This document shows positions 62,203 through 64,000 of a stretch of 64,000 nt of DNA, piece after piece. The stretch is from the NCBI RefSeq assembly GCF_020745735.1, contig NC_083409.1, positions 12,523,259 through 12,587,258 on the forward strand, read 5' to 3'. A program made the translations under genes and the position numbers. Every line of letters starts with the position of its first letter. Positions within the stretch are counted from its first letter, which is position 1. The notes below the pieces were generated by a model, which was given only the letters and a program-made list of their open reading frames with translations, had not been told where the DNA came from and ran no database searches. Source of the stretch: Hemiscyllium ocellatum. Taxonomy: Eukaryota.

Positions 62203-64000
62203 AACCTAGAACATTACAGCGCAGTACAGGTCCTTCGACCCTCTATGTTGTATCGACCTGTGAAACCAACCTAAAGCCCATCTAACCTACACTATTCCAT
62301 TCTCGCCCATATGCCTATCCAATGACCATTTAAATGCACTTAAAGTTGGTGAATCTACTACTGTTGCAGGCAGTAACTACCTCGGACATCTGACCTATAA
62401 CTTTAAATTGAGGAGTGATAGATAGGTCCCTTCGTGCTAGGCATTACCATCAGAGGAAAACGTCTCTCACTGTCCAATCTATCTAACCCTCTGATTATCT
62501 TATGTTTCGATTAAGTCGCCATTCAACCTTCTTCTCTAACAAAAACAGCCTCAACACCCTCTGCCTTTCCTCATAAGACCTCCCCTCCATACCAGGCAAC
62601 ATCAGAGTAAATCTCCTCTGAACCCCTTCCAAATCCTTCCTATAATGCGGCGACCAGAACTGTATGCAATACTACAAATGTGGTCGCACGAAGTTTTGGA
62701 CAGCTGCAGCAGGATCTCATGGTTCCGAAACTCAATCCCTCGACCATAACTAACACACCGTATGCCTTCTTCACAACCCTATCAACTTGGGTGGCAACTT
62801 TCAAGGATCTATGCACCTGGACACAGATCTCTGTGATCATCTACACTACCAAGAATCTTACCGTTAGCCTAGTACTCTGCATTCCTGTTACTCCTTCCAA
62901 AGTGAATCACCTTTTTTTTTGCATTAAACTCCATTTGTCACCTCTCAGCCCAGCTCTGCAGCTTATCCATGTCTCTCTGTAACCTACAACGTTCTTTGTC
63001 ACTATCCACAACTCTACAGACCTTAGTGTCATCCGCAAATTTACTAAGCCATCCTTCAAAGCTCTCACCCAGGTCATTTATAAAAATGATAAATAACAAA
63101 TGGACCCAAAACAGATCCTTGCAGTTCACTAGTAACTGAACTCCAGGATGAATATTTCCCATCAACCACTGCCATCTGTCTTCTTTCAGCTAGCCAATTT
63201 TTAATTCAAACTTCTAAATCACCCTCAATCCCATACCTCCATACTTTGCGCAATAGCCTATCGTGGGGAGCCTTATCAAACACCTTACTGAAAGCAATAT
63301 ACACTACATCAACTGCTTTACCCTCATCCACTGTTTGGTCACATTTTCAAAAGAACTCAATAATGTTGTGAGGCATGACCTACCCTTCACAAATGCATGC
63401 AACTATCTCTAATCAACTTATTCCTTTGTAGATGATTATAACTCCTCCCTCTTATAACCCTTTCCAACACTTTATCCACAACCAAAGTAAGGCTCACTGG
63501 CCTACAATTTCCAGAATTGTCTCTACTCCCCTTCTTGATAGGGAACAACATTTGCTATCCTCCAGTCTTCTGGCACTATTCCTGTAGGCAATGATGGCTT
63601 AAAGATCAAAGCCAAAGGCTCAGCTATTTACTCCCTGGCTTCCCAGAGAATCCTAGGATAAATCAGATCCGGCCCAGGGGACTTAGCTATTTTCACACTT
63701 TCCAGAATTGCTAACACCTCCTCCTCATGCACCTCAATCCCGTCTGGTTTCGTAGCCTGTATCTCAGTATTCTCTTCGACCACATCGTCTTTTTCTAGTA
63801 TGAATATGATGAAAAGTATTCAGTTAGTGCATCCAAATTTCCTCTGACTCCATCCATGACTATGCTTGATTGGCCCTAACCTTCTTCTAGTCATTCTTTT
63901 ATTCCTGATATAGCTTATAGAAAGTCTCCGGGTTTTCCTTGATCCTATCTGCCAATGACTTCCCACGTGCCTTCCTGGCTCTTCCTAGCTCTCTCTTTAG
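62203..64000 (-). mobile_element. Degraded CR1 (RT to 3' tail), continues beyond the window
   Basis: SKFADDTKV, (gttctag) tail near 62203-62215. Confidence 0.85.

Overview
Repeat-rich cartilaginous-fish genomic DNA. The SINE/LINE families and the Ig C sequence point to a shark, probably an orectolobiform (bamboo/epaulette type); the species assignment is inference. Host genes: (i) two intact Ig kappa-type (NS4/type III-like) light-chain constant exons on + (8433-8761, 44041-44369) and an inverted 3' stub of a third (~20275-20977). I found no V, J or RSS anywhere in the window. (ii) The last seven coding exons of RABGAP1L on - (61563 to 46844), tail-to-tail with C-kappa 2. The locus is an old segmental duplication (~1123-17575 vs ~38085-57370). 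Unit 1 has lost six RABGAP1L exons but keeps part of the intron, and the C exons look recently homogenised by gene conversion. The spacer between the units holds the youngest insertions: two independently inserted, TSD-flanked, poly(A)-tailed L1-type elements that encode only ORF1p (a half-L1/HAL1-like family, the best novelty candidate), a CR1 with an intact 922-codon ORF2 nested in a Penelope element, and a perfect 94-bp-arm palindrome with a minimal hammerhead ribozyme core on each strand. Also present: a correctly phased U_UUA_AAC slippery site at the CR1 ORF1/ORF2 junction, two degraded retroviral remnants, many HE1-like SINEs and CR1 fragments. All identities and counts were made by eye, and family names come from recalled motifs rather than database searches.
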